Virus record (IMG/VR): IMGVR_UViG_3300047359_001782 | Location: 1-64,000 of that record | DNA length: 64,000 nucleotides | Origin: a virus | Lineage: Duplodnaviria; Caudoviricetes | Reading direction: 5' to 3' (one strand) | Shown: positions 35,544-45,773 of the stretch, piece after piece | Numbering within the stretch: position 1 is the first letter of the stretch | Layout of the letters: each line of letters starts with the position of its first letter | The notes under the pieces: generated by a model | Database searches by the model: none | What the model was told of the DNA's origin: nothing | The model's input: only the letters and a program-made list of their open reading frames with translations | Program-made: the position numbers and the translations under genes

Positions 35544-37193
35544 TTATCTTGCCGCCATAATGTGAATGTTGTAGTTCGACGCTGGCAAACTATCAAAGTT
35601 TATCGTAAACTTTTCTTGCGAAATGTTAGATAAAGTATATTTCATGTCAGAATGTGAATCTTCATACGGCCAAGAAGAAAGTTTTACTTCTTTCCAGTCT
35701 CCTTCTTGGTTTGTTTTGTATAAATATTCTCCTGAAAGATGATATCCATCAAAATCAAAATCGTCCTCAAAGTAAAAATTGCTACCACTTACGCTAATTT
35801 TTGCCCAAAAATCCTCTCCAGTACATATGTATAGAAAGTCATTTTCAATCTCTTTTTGTCCGATGCTACCAGATTCTCTTTGTTCAATTACCGCTTCTAC
35901 CCTCCTCCATTCGTTTGATGTTGTAAAAATATAATAAAACGGCTCTTCAAAAAACTCGTCTCCTATTCCACCGGCATTAATTGTTTTAAAAGTTTCCTTA
36001 GCTTCTAGGGTTAAATTTATTACAGGTGGTCTATCGAAGGCTTCCGGAAAATATACTTCATTAGAAATTAAACCTCCTGCTAGCAAGCCTGTTGAAAAAG
36101 ACTGTAGTTTTGTTTGGTGTACAGACAAAACTTGTGAGGGAGTTGCGCTAACTTGCATAAAATATCCTGTGCCTGTGATATTTTGTTCGAATTTTATTTC
36201 CATCGAGCTTTCTGTTATGCTGGAAATATAATGATTTATATAAGGGTCTGCTACAGCGCTCAAAAGCGTTGCCTGTACAGAGGGTATAGATCCAAAAGTT
36301 TTTGGGAACTCAATGTCGTATCTATTGAGTCCTGCAGGTAATTTTTTCGAGAAAAATACTGCTTCATCATATTTTTGAGGCACAACTTTTTCAAAGGAGC
36401 CATCTTCTCCTGTAACATATAATTCTTGAAAGAAAGCGTCTCCCGAAATATTTAACGCTCCAGAATTTATGGAAAATTTATTTTCTCCAGAAATAACGAC
36501 ATCTATTCCAGAGCTTATGTCAACATAATTTTCATCATCAAAAGCTAATTTAAGGTGGTCCTTAGAGATTTCTATAAAACTTTCATTTTGAGTAGATCTC
36601 AATGAACCCGAAAGAAATAAATCCCCTTTTACTTCCATATCTCCCCCGCAAAATAAATTGCCGGAACAGTGTAAATCTTCTTCAATAGTAATATTATTAT
36701 GAGCCTTTAAATTTTCTGACGAAAGATCTCCAGAAAATATACCGGAGCCTTCAGATATTAAGTTTCCTTCTGCATAAATCCCTCCATCAATATTTAGTGC
36801 CCGCTGTAGCGTTTCTTGAGCTGAAGAAAATCTATCTCCGACGCCGATTTTATCAAAAAAAATGTTTTCTCCTAGAAAATTATATCCGCTAATATCCCCC
36901 TCTTGAGTTGTGTCGATAATTTCTTTAGCTAAAAGCTTTCCATTAAATTGGCAGTCATCTTCAAATACTTTTTTGCCTCTAATTAACTGATCTCCAGTTA
37001 AGGAAACTGTATCGTTAACTATCGAGCTCTTAAGATCTTTAAAGTTAATTGTGACACTTTCTTTTTCTGGTTTAGTGACCAAGAATAGGAAATCTTCGTG
37101 TTGCCCTGACTGGGTGTAGCTGGCTGGAATTTGAGCAGGGAAAGCGTGTAATTGATTAATTTTTTTAAAGCTGGATATTCTGTTGTCTTTCAT
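35544..37193 (-). CDS. putative tail fibre / virion appendage protein
   Basis: RISS N-terminus, LTGDQ.I.G.K.F, beta-helix-like SG repeats, two FP..F...P.V modules, Y.C....W repeats. Confidence 0.6.
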   Translation of the reverse strand: MKDNRISSFKKINQLHAFPAQIPASYTQSGQHEDFLFLVTKPEKESVTINFKDLKSSIVNDTVSLTGDQLIRGKKVFEDDCQFNGKLLAKEIIDTTQEGDISGYNFLGENIFFDKIGVGDRFSSAQETLQRALNIDGGIYAEGNLISEGSGIFSGDLSSENLKAHNNITIEEDLHCSGNLFCGGDMEVKGDLFLSGSLRSTQNESFIEISKDHLKLAFDDENYVDISSGIDVVISGENKFSINSGALNISGDAFFQELYVTGEDGSFEKVVPQKYDEAVFFSKKLPAGLNRYDIEFPKTFGSIPSVQATLLSAVADPYINHYISSITESSMEIKFEQNITGTGYFMQVSATPSQVLSVHQTKLQSFSTGLLAGGLISNEVYFPEAFDRPPVINLTLEAKETFKTINAGGIGDEFFEEPFYYIFTTSNEWRRVEAVIEQRESGSIGQKEIENDFLYICTGEDFWAKISVSGSNFYFEDDFDFDGYHLSGEYLYKTNQEGDWKEVKLSSWPYEDSHSDMKYTLSNISQEKFTINFDSLPASNYNIHIMAAR

Positions 37194-37197
37194 CGTA

Positions 37198-38517
37198 TTA
37201 ACTAATTCTTTGTTTCTCTTTTTCGGTTGTTATCGTGTGGACGGAAAAGTTTTGTTGAGGAGGATTTTGAAAATTTAATATGTATCCAGTGGTATTTACA
37301 CCTGAAACTACGAATCGATCTTCTGCTTCTAGATTTTCTGGACTAACTAATATTTTAATATCTTCATGGTTATTGGGTAAATTTATGGAATATTGATGGC
37401 TGCCAGATTCTAAATCAACAGAAGATCTATATATGTCTTTTTTTTTGGACGAAAAAATTGAACTAGAATTTAGCATTGCAATAGTATGGATTTTGGAGGT
37501 TTCATTTTCAATATCGCTATCAAAAGTTATTTGATATCCATACTTATCTATATTGCTTATTAAAAAGTTATTTACGCCTGTTTTATTAATCAGGCAGTTT
37601 TCTGTAGCCACAGAGACTACTGGTGTTTCTCTAAACGTTTTTGGAAAAAGTATATCAAAATTTTTCTCTCCAGAATTTATCTCTGTTTTGAAAGCTATAG
37701 ACTCTTCTCCTCCACCAAAAAATTTACCTGAAGTATTGCTGACTGAGGATATAAAAGAAGTTTCATCAAAAGAAACTTCTCCGGAATTAACCCCGTTCTG
37801 CATTAGATAGTCTTCACCGATTTTTATTTTATCGGAAATGCGGCATGTCCCTGTATTGGATAAATTTAAAAAAATGTCAGAATCATTTTCAAAAATTAAA
37901 TTTTGGTTAGACATGGACAATTCTGATTGAGTGAAGTTTATTTTTTCTTTGAAAAACAAGTTCTTTCCGCTAACCGTTAAATCTTCTGAGTTATAGATGT
38001 CTCCGCTTAAGTTTATAGAGTTGGTTTTTAGTTTATTTAAGTCTACATTTTCGCTGCTCAGGTATTTAAAGACGCTTTCTTGGTTTGAGTTAAAAAAACA
38101 ATCCTCTGTGATGTAAATATCTTTTGTGTTAACCAAGGCTTTTTTTGTAACTTCATGCGTATTGACGCTATTAAAAAAACCAGTTGAACTCATGAAATTA
38201 ATTCCAGAGATATTTCCAGTAGATATAGGTCCGATTGAATTTATAGATAACCTACGATTTATTTCACAATCTTCATCAAAAATTTTTTGCCCGCTTATAT
38301 TTTGATCCCCCCTGAGATGTATTGCATGAGTTAAGCATGAATTGTATAAACCAGAAAATGATATAATTTCATTGCTTATCTTTGGATTAATTACCATGAA
38401 ATACCGCTCATTATTAAGCTGAGAGTATGGAGGAGGGGAGCTTTCATAGTTAAAGCTCGTTCCGGAAGAAAAAAGTGGTGCAATCTTAGGTAATTCTGAT
38501 ATTCTTTGATTTGGCAT
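37198..38517 (-). CDS. putative tail fibre / appendage protein, paralog of 35544..37193
   Basis: Start revised to MPNQRISELP (38517); LRGDQNISGQKIFDEDC; FPKTFRETPVV. Confidence 0.6.
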   Translation of the reverse strand: MPNQRISELPKIAPLFSSGTSFNYESSPPPYSQLNNERYFMVINPKISNEIISFSGLYNSCLTHAIHLRGDQNISGQKIFDEDCEINRRLSINSIGPISTGNISGINFMSSTGFFNSVNTHEVTKKALVNTKDIYITEDCFFNSNQESVFKYLSSENVDLNKLKTNSINLSGDIYNSEDLTVSGKNLFFKEKINFTQSELSMSNQNLIFENDSDIFLNLSNTGTCRISDKIKIGEDYLMQNGVNSGEVSFDETSFISSVSNTSGKFFGGGEESIAFKTEINSGEKNFDILFPKTFRETPVVSVATENCLINKTGVNNFLISNIDKYGYQITFDSDIENETSKIHTIAMLNSSSIFSSKKKDIYRSSVDLESGSHQYSINLPNNHEDIKILVSPENLEAEDRFVVSGVNTTGYILNFQNPPQQNFSVHTITTEKEKQRIS

Positions 38518-38532
38518 GGCAGCAAGCTTTAT

Positions 38533-38558
38533 TACACCAAAATACAAGAATTTGTGTA
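38533..38558. promoter_or_regulatory. back-to-back GTGTA motifs
   Basis: TACAC at 38533..38537 and GTGTA at 38554..38558 (9 nt before ATG 38568). Confidence 0.6.
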
Positions 38559-38567
38559 ATAACTTTA

Positions 38568-41255
38568 ATGGCACAAGGAGTAATGGATAGGTTGACCTAT
38601 GAGCGGTTAGGGGTAATATTGACTGACGCTCCTGCGTACAAGGAAGCTGGTTCAAAATATAAAGATTTGATTAGGGTTCAAAATATGAGTTACGACTTAA
38701 CTCATCAATCGACAGATATTAAAGCTATTGGAGCCGATGAGCTAGTTACTAGAGATGGACAAAGCCCTGTTGTGAGGGCTCCAGACGTTTCTTGTGATAT
38801 AGGGTATTTATTTACCAACGGCCTTAACGAAAACAACATAGGGTTTCACTTGAGTAAAAATGGTAGTGTTTTAAAAAATTTTTTATTACAAAATCATACA
38901 GACGACATAAATATATTGATTGTTTCATCCAACAAAAATGAAAATGAAGATCTTGTCTTTTTGGAATCGGAGCAAGACTTTGAAAATTTCAATATAATAG
39001 GTATAGGTAATGCATTTTTATCTCGTTATGCATACAGCGCATCAATAGGGCAATTTGCATCTAGCACAATTTCTTATGGAGGGAGTAATATCCAGTTTGA
39101 TTTATATTCTGAACAAAATAGACCAAAGCTCCCTGCTGTAAAACTGGGAGCAAATAATATAAGGTCAGAAGAAGTGCTTGAGCTAGCTCCGGGAAAATTT
39201 ACAGACTTTCATCACTCTTTTGATAAAATATTTGACTCCCATGTTTCTCCTGAAATTTCCGCAATTTCTCCCGGAACGATTAACGCTACAATTTTCAAAA
39301 TTAACGGGGATAGGGGTGGCGCTGTCGTTGATTCCGTAAATGCCGCAATTCAAAATATAAATATAGATCTTCCTATTCCTCGCCAAGCAATTTATGGATT
39401 AGGAAGTAATTTTATATTTGACCGAAAATTAAAATTACCAATTATAGGCTCTTTGTCTATAGATATGATATTAAGAGAATACTCTCAGGATAAATTGGAC
39501 GGATTTTTAAACAAAACTAATACATATGACATAATTATCGATCATAAAATCGATCCTCTTTTGGCTGGTAATGAGGGAGATTTTTTCGCAGATGAAATTA
39601 GTGAGAAATTATACATAAACATAGGTGACTCAGAGTGGAAAAGTACTTCGCATGGGCAGGGCTCGACCGAAGAAAATACTTCAATAAGCTCTAGTCAAAA
39701 AGAGTACTTTTCTGGCGATTATAATTTTTATTATGCCAGAATAAAAGATTCTTTGTGGCTAAAGGTTCCTTTAGAGGAGAGTTTTTTCCAGGATCAAGAG
39801 GCGGATGTATTTCAGAAAATTTATCAAAATAATTACATTCATATTAAAACAGAGAGTTCTTGGGTCAAGTTTCTTGTTGAAGATCTGGTTTTAGATAATG
39901 ATCTAATTGAGGGACTATCTTTTGAATCTAAAAGTAAATTAGTTAATAATATAACATTTGAAATTAATAATGCTCAACTTCAAAATCAATCTTATAGTCA
40001 CGAAATAGGTTCTGATGTTATGGTAAGTTCAGCCCTATCTTTTGGGGTTTCTAGAGACGACGGTTTAAAACTTTACCCTCGGTTTTTAGCGAGAGTAGCT
40101 CCAGTTTGGGTGACTAATATAGATAATATAACACACGAAGAAAATGATGAATCGCCTTTAAATTACGATAAAAATATAGATCTTGGTGATAGTAAAGTTA
40201 GTTTTTCTTTAGGTGGAGCTGACTCGGAATACTTTGAGGTTCATCCGAATGGAAATATATTTTTTATAGAGAGTCCTGATTTTGAGATCAAATCTTCATA
40301 TGCTTTATCTGTAACGGCAACAAATGAATCCGGGCATTCATTGAAAAATATAAATGTTCAAATTGTAGATAAAGTTGATTCTAACCCTGTTTGGTCTTTA
40401 ACTGAAGAAACTATAAATCACCCAGAGGGCACAAATATAGTAGAGTACAATCAGGATTTAAATATAGACCCAACCCATGCTTTTTATGGATTGTCCGGAG
40501 AAGACAAAAAGTATTTCTCCCTTTCCTCTTCGGGAGAACTTTCTTTTAGGTTCACTCCTGATTTTGAGACTGCAATTAAAAAAGATTTTGATATATTTAT
40601 TACTGCCTATAATCAGTTTGGTAACACAAGTAAGTATCTTAATATACAAATAGTTAACGTTCAGGATGCGGCTCCCGAGTGGGTCTCTAGCACCGATTCC
40701 ATCAATGTCGAAAGAGGCTCCTTGTCTTCTTTATTAATATCAAGCGAGATAAAAGAATTTGAAGATTATCCAGTGTTTTATACTTTGTCTGGACCAGATT
40801 CGCATCTATTTGAAATATCCAGTACAGGTGAGATTAGATTTATCGGAGACCCTCATTTAGTCAATAAAACGGCACTTTATTTTGAAGCTAGAGTATTTAA
40901 CTCCGCAGGTTCATCGAGTAAACAGTTTAAAATTGAGATCAATCAGCTTATATCTTTTGAAAATAGCAGAGTAGTGTTTCAAAAAAATGAACAGGGAGAT
41001 TCTGTTAAGATTGGCGCTGTATTAAAGCAAAGATTATATCCTGCTTATATTTTCCAGGAAGATTATTCCGTTCCCAGTTTTGTTTATTTTGCTTTAACTG
41101 GGTACGGTTGGTTTCAGGTGCCATTAACTGAGTCAGAGTTTAACAGCGATGAGTCATTAAATTTTTACGAAGAAGGGGATAAAATCTTTACAGATAATTT
41201 TGTTCACATATATACTAACTCAGGCGGATGGATGAAAACCGCAATTACACAATAA
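38568..41255 (+). CDS. tail-tube-like protein with C-terminal cadherin-like repeats
   Basis: N-terminal half aligns by eye with 41310..42584; three repeats of LxGxD...F.I...G...F...P(DFE). Confidence 0.65.
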   Translation: MAQGVMDRLTYERLGVILTDAPAYKEAGSKYKDLIRVQNMSYDLTHQSTDIKAIGADELVTRDGQSPVVRAPDVSCDIGYLFTNGLNENNIGFHLSKNGSVLKNFLLQNHTDDINILIVSSNKNENEDLVFLESEQDFENFNIIGIGNAFLSRYAYSASIGQFASSTISYGGSNIQFDLYSEQNRPKLPAVKLGANNIRSEEVLELAPGKFTDFHHSFDKIFDSHVSPEISAISPGTINATIFKINGDRGGAVVDSVNAAIQNINIDLPIPRQAIYGLGSNFIFDRKLKLPIIGSLSIDMILREYSQDKLDGFLNKTNTYDIIIDHKIDPLLAGNEGDFFADEISEKLYINIGDSEWKSTSHGQGSTEENTSISSSQKEYFSGDYNFYYARIKDSLWLKVPLEESFFQDQEADVFQKIYQNNYIHIKTESSWVKFLVEDLVLDNDLIEGLSFESKSKLVNNITFEINNAQLQNQSYSHEIGSDVMVSSALSFGVSRDDGLKLYPRFLARVAPVWVTNIDNITHEENDESPLNYDKNIDLGDSKVSFSLGGADSEYFEVHPNGNIFFIESPDFEIKSSYALSVTATNESGHSLKNINVQIVDKVDSNPVWSLTEETINHPEGTNIVEYNQDLNIDPTHAFYGLSGEDKKYFSLSSSGELSFRFTPDFETAIKKDFDIFITAYNQFGNTSKYLNIQIVNVQDAAPEWVSSTDSINVERGSLSSLLISSEIKEFEDYPVFYTLSGPDSHLFEISSTGEIRFIGDPHLVNKTALYFEARVFNSAGSSSKQFKIEINQLISFENSRVVFQKNEQGDSVKIGAVLKQRLYPAYIFQEDYSVPSFVYFALTGYGWFQVPLTESEFNSDESLNFYEEGDKIFTDNFVHIYTNSGGWMKTAITQ

Positions 41256-41287
41256 AAAACCCCCTAATTTTCATTAGGAGGTTTTTT
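41254..41287. terminator. bidirectional intrinsic terminator
   Basis: AAAAAAC-CCCCTAAT-TTTC-ATTAGGAG-GTTTTTT hairpin with A and T tracts between convergent genes. Confidence 0.8.
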
Positions 41288-41309
41288 AAAATAGAGCTGT
41301 TAATTTAAA

Positions 41310-42584
41310 TTAAGCGAAATACTGATGTATTCCTGTGGCGTTTCTTGATCCAGAAATAAATAGTCCGTTTCCTGTATCTTGCGGTCCGCCGATTTGAGCT
41401 GTAAATGTTAAGTCTACTGTTTTATTATCTCCGATTGAGGAACTAAAGGATTCTCCTTCTAACCTTGCATTTCTAATAGTAAACAACATTGCAATGTCTC
41501 CGGTTCCGAATTGATCTGGCTCTCTTAATGTAAATTGTAAATCATGCTGTTCCTGATCAAAGAGAATGTCTGTAACATTACCTTCTTTTAAATCAGAAAG
41601 AATAGCGCTTACGGAAACATTAATATTTAATGGGAAATCCACAACTTTACTGTATCCATATGGATTTCCGAGTCTTTCAATAGTACTTCTTCCTACTGGA
41701 ATATCAATACTAAAACTCTGAATGTGAGCACTACCTGCATCATAATCTTTTTCTGGATCAGAAAAAGGAAGCGGCTCAAACAAACTGGCTCGACCTCCGT
41801 TACCTAATGCCATATGAATATCTCCTGGGCGTAAGCAAGAGACTCCTTCTTTACCAAAATCAATTTCACTGTCTACATCGTGAACTCCGCTAATCGCAGG
41901 AGGAATAGAAAACTCTCCCCCTGTCATTGGAATACCAAATTGATTGTTGATTGCCGGAAGCTCAAGGTCTTGAGTTCCTGTATAACTTCTTAAATTAAAT
42001 CCGTCAATTGTAACAGAGGCTGTTGGCATTCCACCTACAGAAGCTTCAACTGAATAGTTTGTAACAAAACCATTTCCAAGAGCTATTACATTTTTAAGGG
42101 ACTCATCATCTTCGTTTCCTACTGCATCTGTACCCTCTTGAGTCGTGATGATGAAAAAGTTTTTTCCTCCTGGGTTTTCCGCATCTTCAGTTCTTCCAAG
42201 AAGAATATCTCCTGCAATCGCTGATGTAGCTCCGTCAACGTTCATTCCTAGAATTTTTTCATTAATACCATTAGTTAGATAATATGAAAAATCTAATGTC
42301 ACTGTGGGGGGCTCAAGAGATACGGAATCAATTCTGGCTAGTTGGCCAAACTGATTAACGTCTTCTCTGTTTACTGTAAAACTATAATTTGCACTTTGAA
42401 CTCTGCGTAATTGCATAATTCCAGTGCGTATCTCTCCTCCTGCAGAAACAGCTTCTGCTTTGGTAGAGTATCCGGTTTTTGTGTTCCAATTGTCGCTTGA
42501 TACGCTGTAGTGATTACCTGTGGCATCAACTGTTCCAGCGTATAACGCCTCGCTTTGATAAATTACTCTTGCTCTATTTGCCAT
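41310..42584 (-). CDS. putative major tail tube protein
   Basis: Beta-rich, acidic, internally duplicated (VQSANYSF...NQFG / IQSFSIDI...ERLG); follows neck-like genes; ends at a strong terminator. Confidence 0.6.
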   Translation of the reverse strand: MANRARVIYQSEALYAGTVDATGNHYSVSSDNWNTKTGYSTKAEAVSAGGEIRTGIMQLRRVQSANYSFTVNREDVNQFGQLARIDSVSLEPPTVTLDFSYYLTNGINEKILGMNVDGATSAIAGDILLGRTEDAENPGGKNFFIITTQEGTDAVGNEDDESLKNVIALGNGFVTNYSVEASVGGMPTASVTIDGFNLRSYTGTQDLELPAINNQFGIPMTGGEFSIPPAISGVHDVDSEIDFGKEGVSCLRPGDIHMALGNGGRASLFEPLPFSDPEKDYDAGSAHIQSFSIDIPVGRSTIERLGNPYGYSKVVDFPLNINVSVSAILSDLKEGNVTDILFDQEQHDLQFTLREPDQFGTGDIAMLFTIRNARLEGESFSSSIGDNKTVDLTFTAQIGGPQDTGNGLFISGSRNATGIHQYFA

Positions 42585-42648
42585 AATATTTTATATATGA
42601 AGTTAAATTTCTGTTTAAAATTACATTTTTTATGTTATAAAGGGAACT

Positions 42649-43497
42649 TTATTGTCTTGGAAATCTTAAATTGGTTATTTCAAAATCTAAAAATCCAATA
42701 AATAATGATTGATCTATGTTTTTGTTTATTCTGTCACTAAGTTTAGATGCTCTCACATCTTCTATATGAAAAAGGTTTGTATTTTTTTGAGAAGCAAGTG
42801 TTTTATAGTTGAATCCAGATGCATCTCCAAATTCATTTAATGGGTAATCGGAGAATTCTAATTTTGAGAAAACTTCATTTTTTGAGTCTGAGAATGCAGA
42901 TAAAGCCCCATCAAGCTGAAAAGTATTTTCTGCAAAAATTACGCATCTTATATTTGTCGTCGTTTTATCTTCACCTCCAAACGCAAAAGCTTCGTTCTGC
43001 ACTAATTCTGGATTTACAAAAATTGCAGGTACAACTTGTTTGTGAGGAGCTATGCCGGAAGAGTCTTGCTTGAATCTTCCGTTCGAATCAAATTTACTTT
43101 CAACTATAAGCTGCTCTTCTGTTTGGTTGGTTATGTAGAAATTAAATTCTTTTACAGAATATTGCCCGCTTAATGTCATATTATCTGCCCCAAAAGAAGA
43201 ATCTAATATTACTCGTCCATCATCAAAATCTAATATTAAACCGTTGTCTCCTCTTTCCATAAAGACTCCATCGTTGTAAATTCCGCTAGGTACTTGCGCT
43301 CCTTCAACGCTTTCATCAAAAACCCACTGTTTATGAGGGCTGCTATAAGTGACAAATTCGTCTCCAAGTTGATCGTCTGTAGCCATTGGATAAAGAGAAG
43401 ACGCATAATTTTGATAAGCTTCCGCTTTGTTTGTGATGAAATTATCAGCCCAAAGCATGAAGCTTGTAGTTAATTCGTGTTGGAATTGCGGTTTCAT
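42649..43497 (-). CDS. putative tail terminator / neck protein
   Basis: Position upstream of the tube gene; VPAIFV...FAFGG motif. Confidence 0.4.
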   Translation of the reverse strand: MKPQFQHELTTSFMLWADNFITNKAEAYQNYASSLYPMATDDQLGDEFVTYSSPHKQWVFDESVEGAQVPSGIYNDGVFMERGDNGLILDFDDGRVILDSSFGADNMTLSGQYSVKEFNFYITNQTEEQLIVESKFDSNGRFKQDSSGIAPHKQVVPAIFVNPELVQNEAFAFGGEDKTTTNIRCVIFAENTFQLDGALSAFSDSKNEVFSKLEFSDYPLNEFGDASGFNYKTLASQKNTNLFHIEDVRASKLSDRINKNIDQSLFIGFLDFEITNLRFPRQ

Positions 43498-43499
43498 TT

Positions 43500-44123
43500 T
43501 TAAAAGTTTTTCGCGGAAACTCTTGAAGCTTCAATTGAATTTAAATTATCTTCAAATTTTGATAGAATATCTTTAATATATGGTATTCTAACCATTCCTC
43601 CTGAGCTTTTATTTTTGTTTTGGAAGCCTGCTCCAGATCGACTGGTTGCGCTCAACTTATTCATGTACTGACCGAGATTAGGGATTCCTCTACCTTCTAT
43701 TTCTCTGAGCCAGCTAGCTCCATTTGACCAAGGCATAGGGGTGCTTGAATATAACTCTTGTAAGGAAGGGGATGTTACAATATATGTCCAAATGAAACCA
43801 TGCATTCCTATGCTTCTGTTTTTTATAAAAATATTTGTCTGTTCAAGTAGATTAGATAAAGGGCTAATTGGGTCAACCCCTTCTTGAAAACCTATAAACC
43901 CATATAGATTTCCCTCTGGCAAAGTATTGGTGATATTCGAAGCGCCTGAGCCCGCCTTAAGTTCTCTAGTGACAGGGTGGCTTTGAAAGTCCCTAATCAT
44001 TTGATTTTTTACGTTCCTAAATTGCTTTTCAATAATCAATCTTGCCTGCACAAGCAGATCTTTATCTTTTTTTACTTGAGATTTTACTGAATTTCTAATT
44101 GATCTACTGAGTGCTTTGGCCAT
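43500..44123 (-). CDS. putative tail completion / neck protein
   Basis: Synteny in the head-tail joining block; basic composition. Confidence 0.35.
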   Translation of the reverse strand: MAKALSRSIRNSVKSQVKKDKDLLVQARLIIEKQFRNVKNQMIRDFQSHPVTRELKAGSGASNITNTLPEGNLYGFIGFQEGVDPISPLSNLLEQTNIFIKNRSIGMHGFIWTYIVTSPSLQELYSSTPMPWSNGASWLREIEGRGIPNLGQYMNKLSATSRSGAGFQNKNKSSGGMVRIPYIKDILSKFEDNLNSIEASRVSAKNF

Positions 44124-44583
44124 TTTGTTCTATTGGTCTTAAAAATAATGTTATGAATTGAACTTTGTCAAAAAGCCCATGAGCTCTAGGGTCAGATTCT
44201 ACATGAAACATTCTTCCATCTAATTCTACTCTTTTCGCTTCTTTTAAATAATCATAATCCTCCAGTTTTAATTTTATTCTGACTACGCTACTAGGATCGG
44301 GCCTATTAACTTTTATTTGTGTTCCCGCTTCTCCAAATTGCTCAAGAGTTCTGTCGGTGTCATACCTTATTCTTGCTTTAAAAACTTTTTTAACAGGAAC
44401 GTTTTGTACGCTAGGGGTCGATTTTCCAGAATTTCCGTATAGATAATTGTAATTAGGGTCTGTACTTATAATTACTTTCTTAGCTTCTTTGTAAACAATA
44501 ATATCCCTTCCGAATGTATCATGAAGGTTAAGTAAGTTTTCGGCAATACTCTCTTTTTCTTCAGCTGAAAAGAAATCTGTCAT
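44104..44583 (-). CDS. putative head-closure / adaptor protein
   Basis: Synteny and beta-rich C-terminus; GTGTA-N9-ATG places the start at 44583. Confidence 0.35.
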   Translation of the reverse strand: MTDFFSAEEKESIAENLLNLHDTFGRDIIVYKEAKKVIISTDPNYNYLYGNSGKSTPSVQNVPVKKVFKARIRYDTDRTLEQFGEAGTQIKVNRPDPSSVVRIKLKLEDYDYLKEAKRVELDGRMFHVESDPRAHGLFDKVQFITLFLRPIEQNGQSTQ

Positions 44584-44592
44584 GAATAGATT

Positions 44593-44617
44593 TACACTAA
44601 ACATTATTTTTTGTGTA
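44593..44617. promoter_or_regulatory. back-to-back GTGTA motifs at the divergence point of the structural genes
   Basis: TACAC at 44593..44597 and GTGTA at 44613..44617. Confidence 0.65.
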
Positions 44618-44655
44618 TCTCATTGTAGGCACAAGGTCAAATAAAGGTAAAATTA

Positions 44656-44943
44656 ATGGAAGCAGAAGACATTTTTAAAAAATGTTATCACAGGAATACA
44701 GTCTCCTTATTTAAAGGATTTCTGATTATTCTTGAGGATTTATATAAAGAGCATCAAATAAGTTTTGATAAGTTAAAGGATAATCTCCCAGAGGGTTGCA
44801 TGCCTGTTGTTGATCAGGCCGATTATTTCAGCGAAGAGAAATTAAAACATCTTCGAAAAAAAACTTTAGATATTGGCAATGAAACTATTAGAAATATCGA
44901 GAGCGAATTAGATAATTATACTATAGGATTTACATTTAAATAA
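44656..44943 (+). CDS. hypothetical protein
   Basis: 95 aa; AAGGT SD-like element upstream. Confidence 0.65.
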   Translation: MEAEDIFKKCYHRNTVSLFKGFLIILEDLYKEHQISFDKLKDNLPEGCMPVVDQADYFSEEKLKHLRKKTLDIGNETIRNIESELDNYTIGFTFK

Positions 44944-44945
44944 TC

Positions 44946-45770
44946 ATGACAGAATCAGCAACAAAAGAAAAATTAGAAACAATGGACGATACTCGAAAAA
45001 AGCTGAGAGAAATCTACAGCTTCACTTTTGAGAAAGAAGAAAAAACGAAAAGGACCGAGACTAGCGAAGTCACTAATCCTGAAACTGGCGAAAAGGAAGA
45101 GGTCTCTGTAACTAAAGAGGTTTCTGAAAAAGTTCCATACAGAATTATAATGAAGCAGCCTACACGAAGGCAAATTGAAGAAGCTGAATTAGAGTTTAGT
45201 GTTGAAATGAGTAACTGCATTAAAAAAGGTGTTCTTACGAAAGCTATGTTAGCTAAGAAATACAGTGATACCGGAGGTTTATTGGCGGAAGATGACGCAA
45301 AAGCTTTAACTAAAATGTATGTTTCTTATGGAGAGCTATCTCAAGAAAGCGAAAAACTAAATGTAAAAACTACTGGGCGCACAGAAAAAGATGACGCAAG
45401 AATTAAAGAAATATCTGGTGAAATCTCGTTGTTAAGAAAAGATATTATTAATGTAGAAACTTCGTACGCTAATTTATTTAATCACACGGCAGACGTTCGT
45501 GCGGAAAATAAAGTGATTCAGTGGTATATTTTAAATTTAACACATATTCAAAAAGATGATGAAGATAGCTCTAAGCCTTTGTTTGAAGGTAGAGATTTTG
45601 AAGATAAGCTTCAGCGTTACTACGAACTAGAAGAAGAAGGCGACGAAGTTTATGATATAATCGGTGGAAAAATTGCAGCTTTATTTAGCTTTTGGTATTA
45701 TAGTTCTGGCGCCGTGACTAGAGCCGACTTCGAAAAACTTGATAGCGATATCGAAGAAGGTAATATATAA
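44946..45770 (+). CDS. putative tail assembly chaperone 1
   Basis: Acidic helical protein two genes upstream of the tape measure gene. Confidence 0.45.
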   Translation: MTESATKEKLETMDDTRKKLREIYSFTFEKEEKTKRTETSEVTNPETGEKEEVSVTKEVSEKVPYRIIMKQPTRRQIEEAELEFSVEMSNCIKKGVLTKAMLAKKYSDTGGLLAEDDAKALTKMYVSYGELSQESEKLNVKTTGRTEKDDARIKEISGEISLLRKDIINVETSYANLFNHTADVRAENKVIQWYILNLTHIQKDDEDSSKPLFEGRDFEDKLQRYYELEEEGDEVYDIIGGKIAALFSFWYYSSGAVTRADFEKLDSDIEEGNI

Positions 45771-45773
45771 TAT

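Noticed and set aside
37198-38655. Apparent 145-nt head-to-head overlap of track ORFs 37198..38655 and 38511..41255
   Set aside because: Artefact of choosing the longest start; starts at 38517(-) and 38568(+) leave a 50-nt intergenic region holding the paired GTGTA motifs
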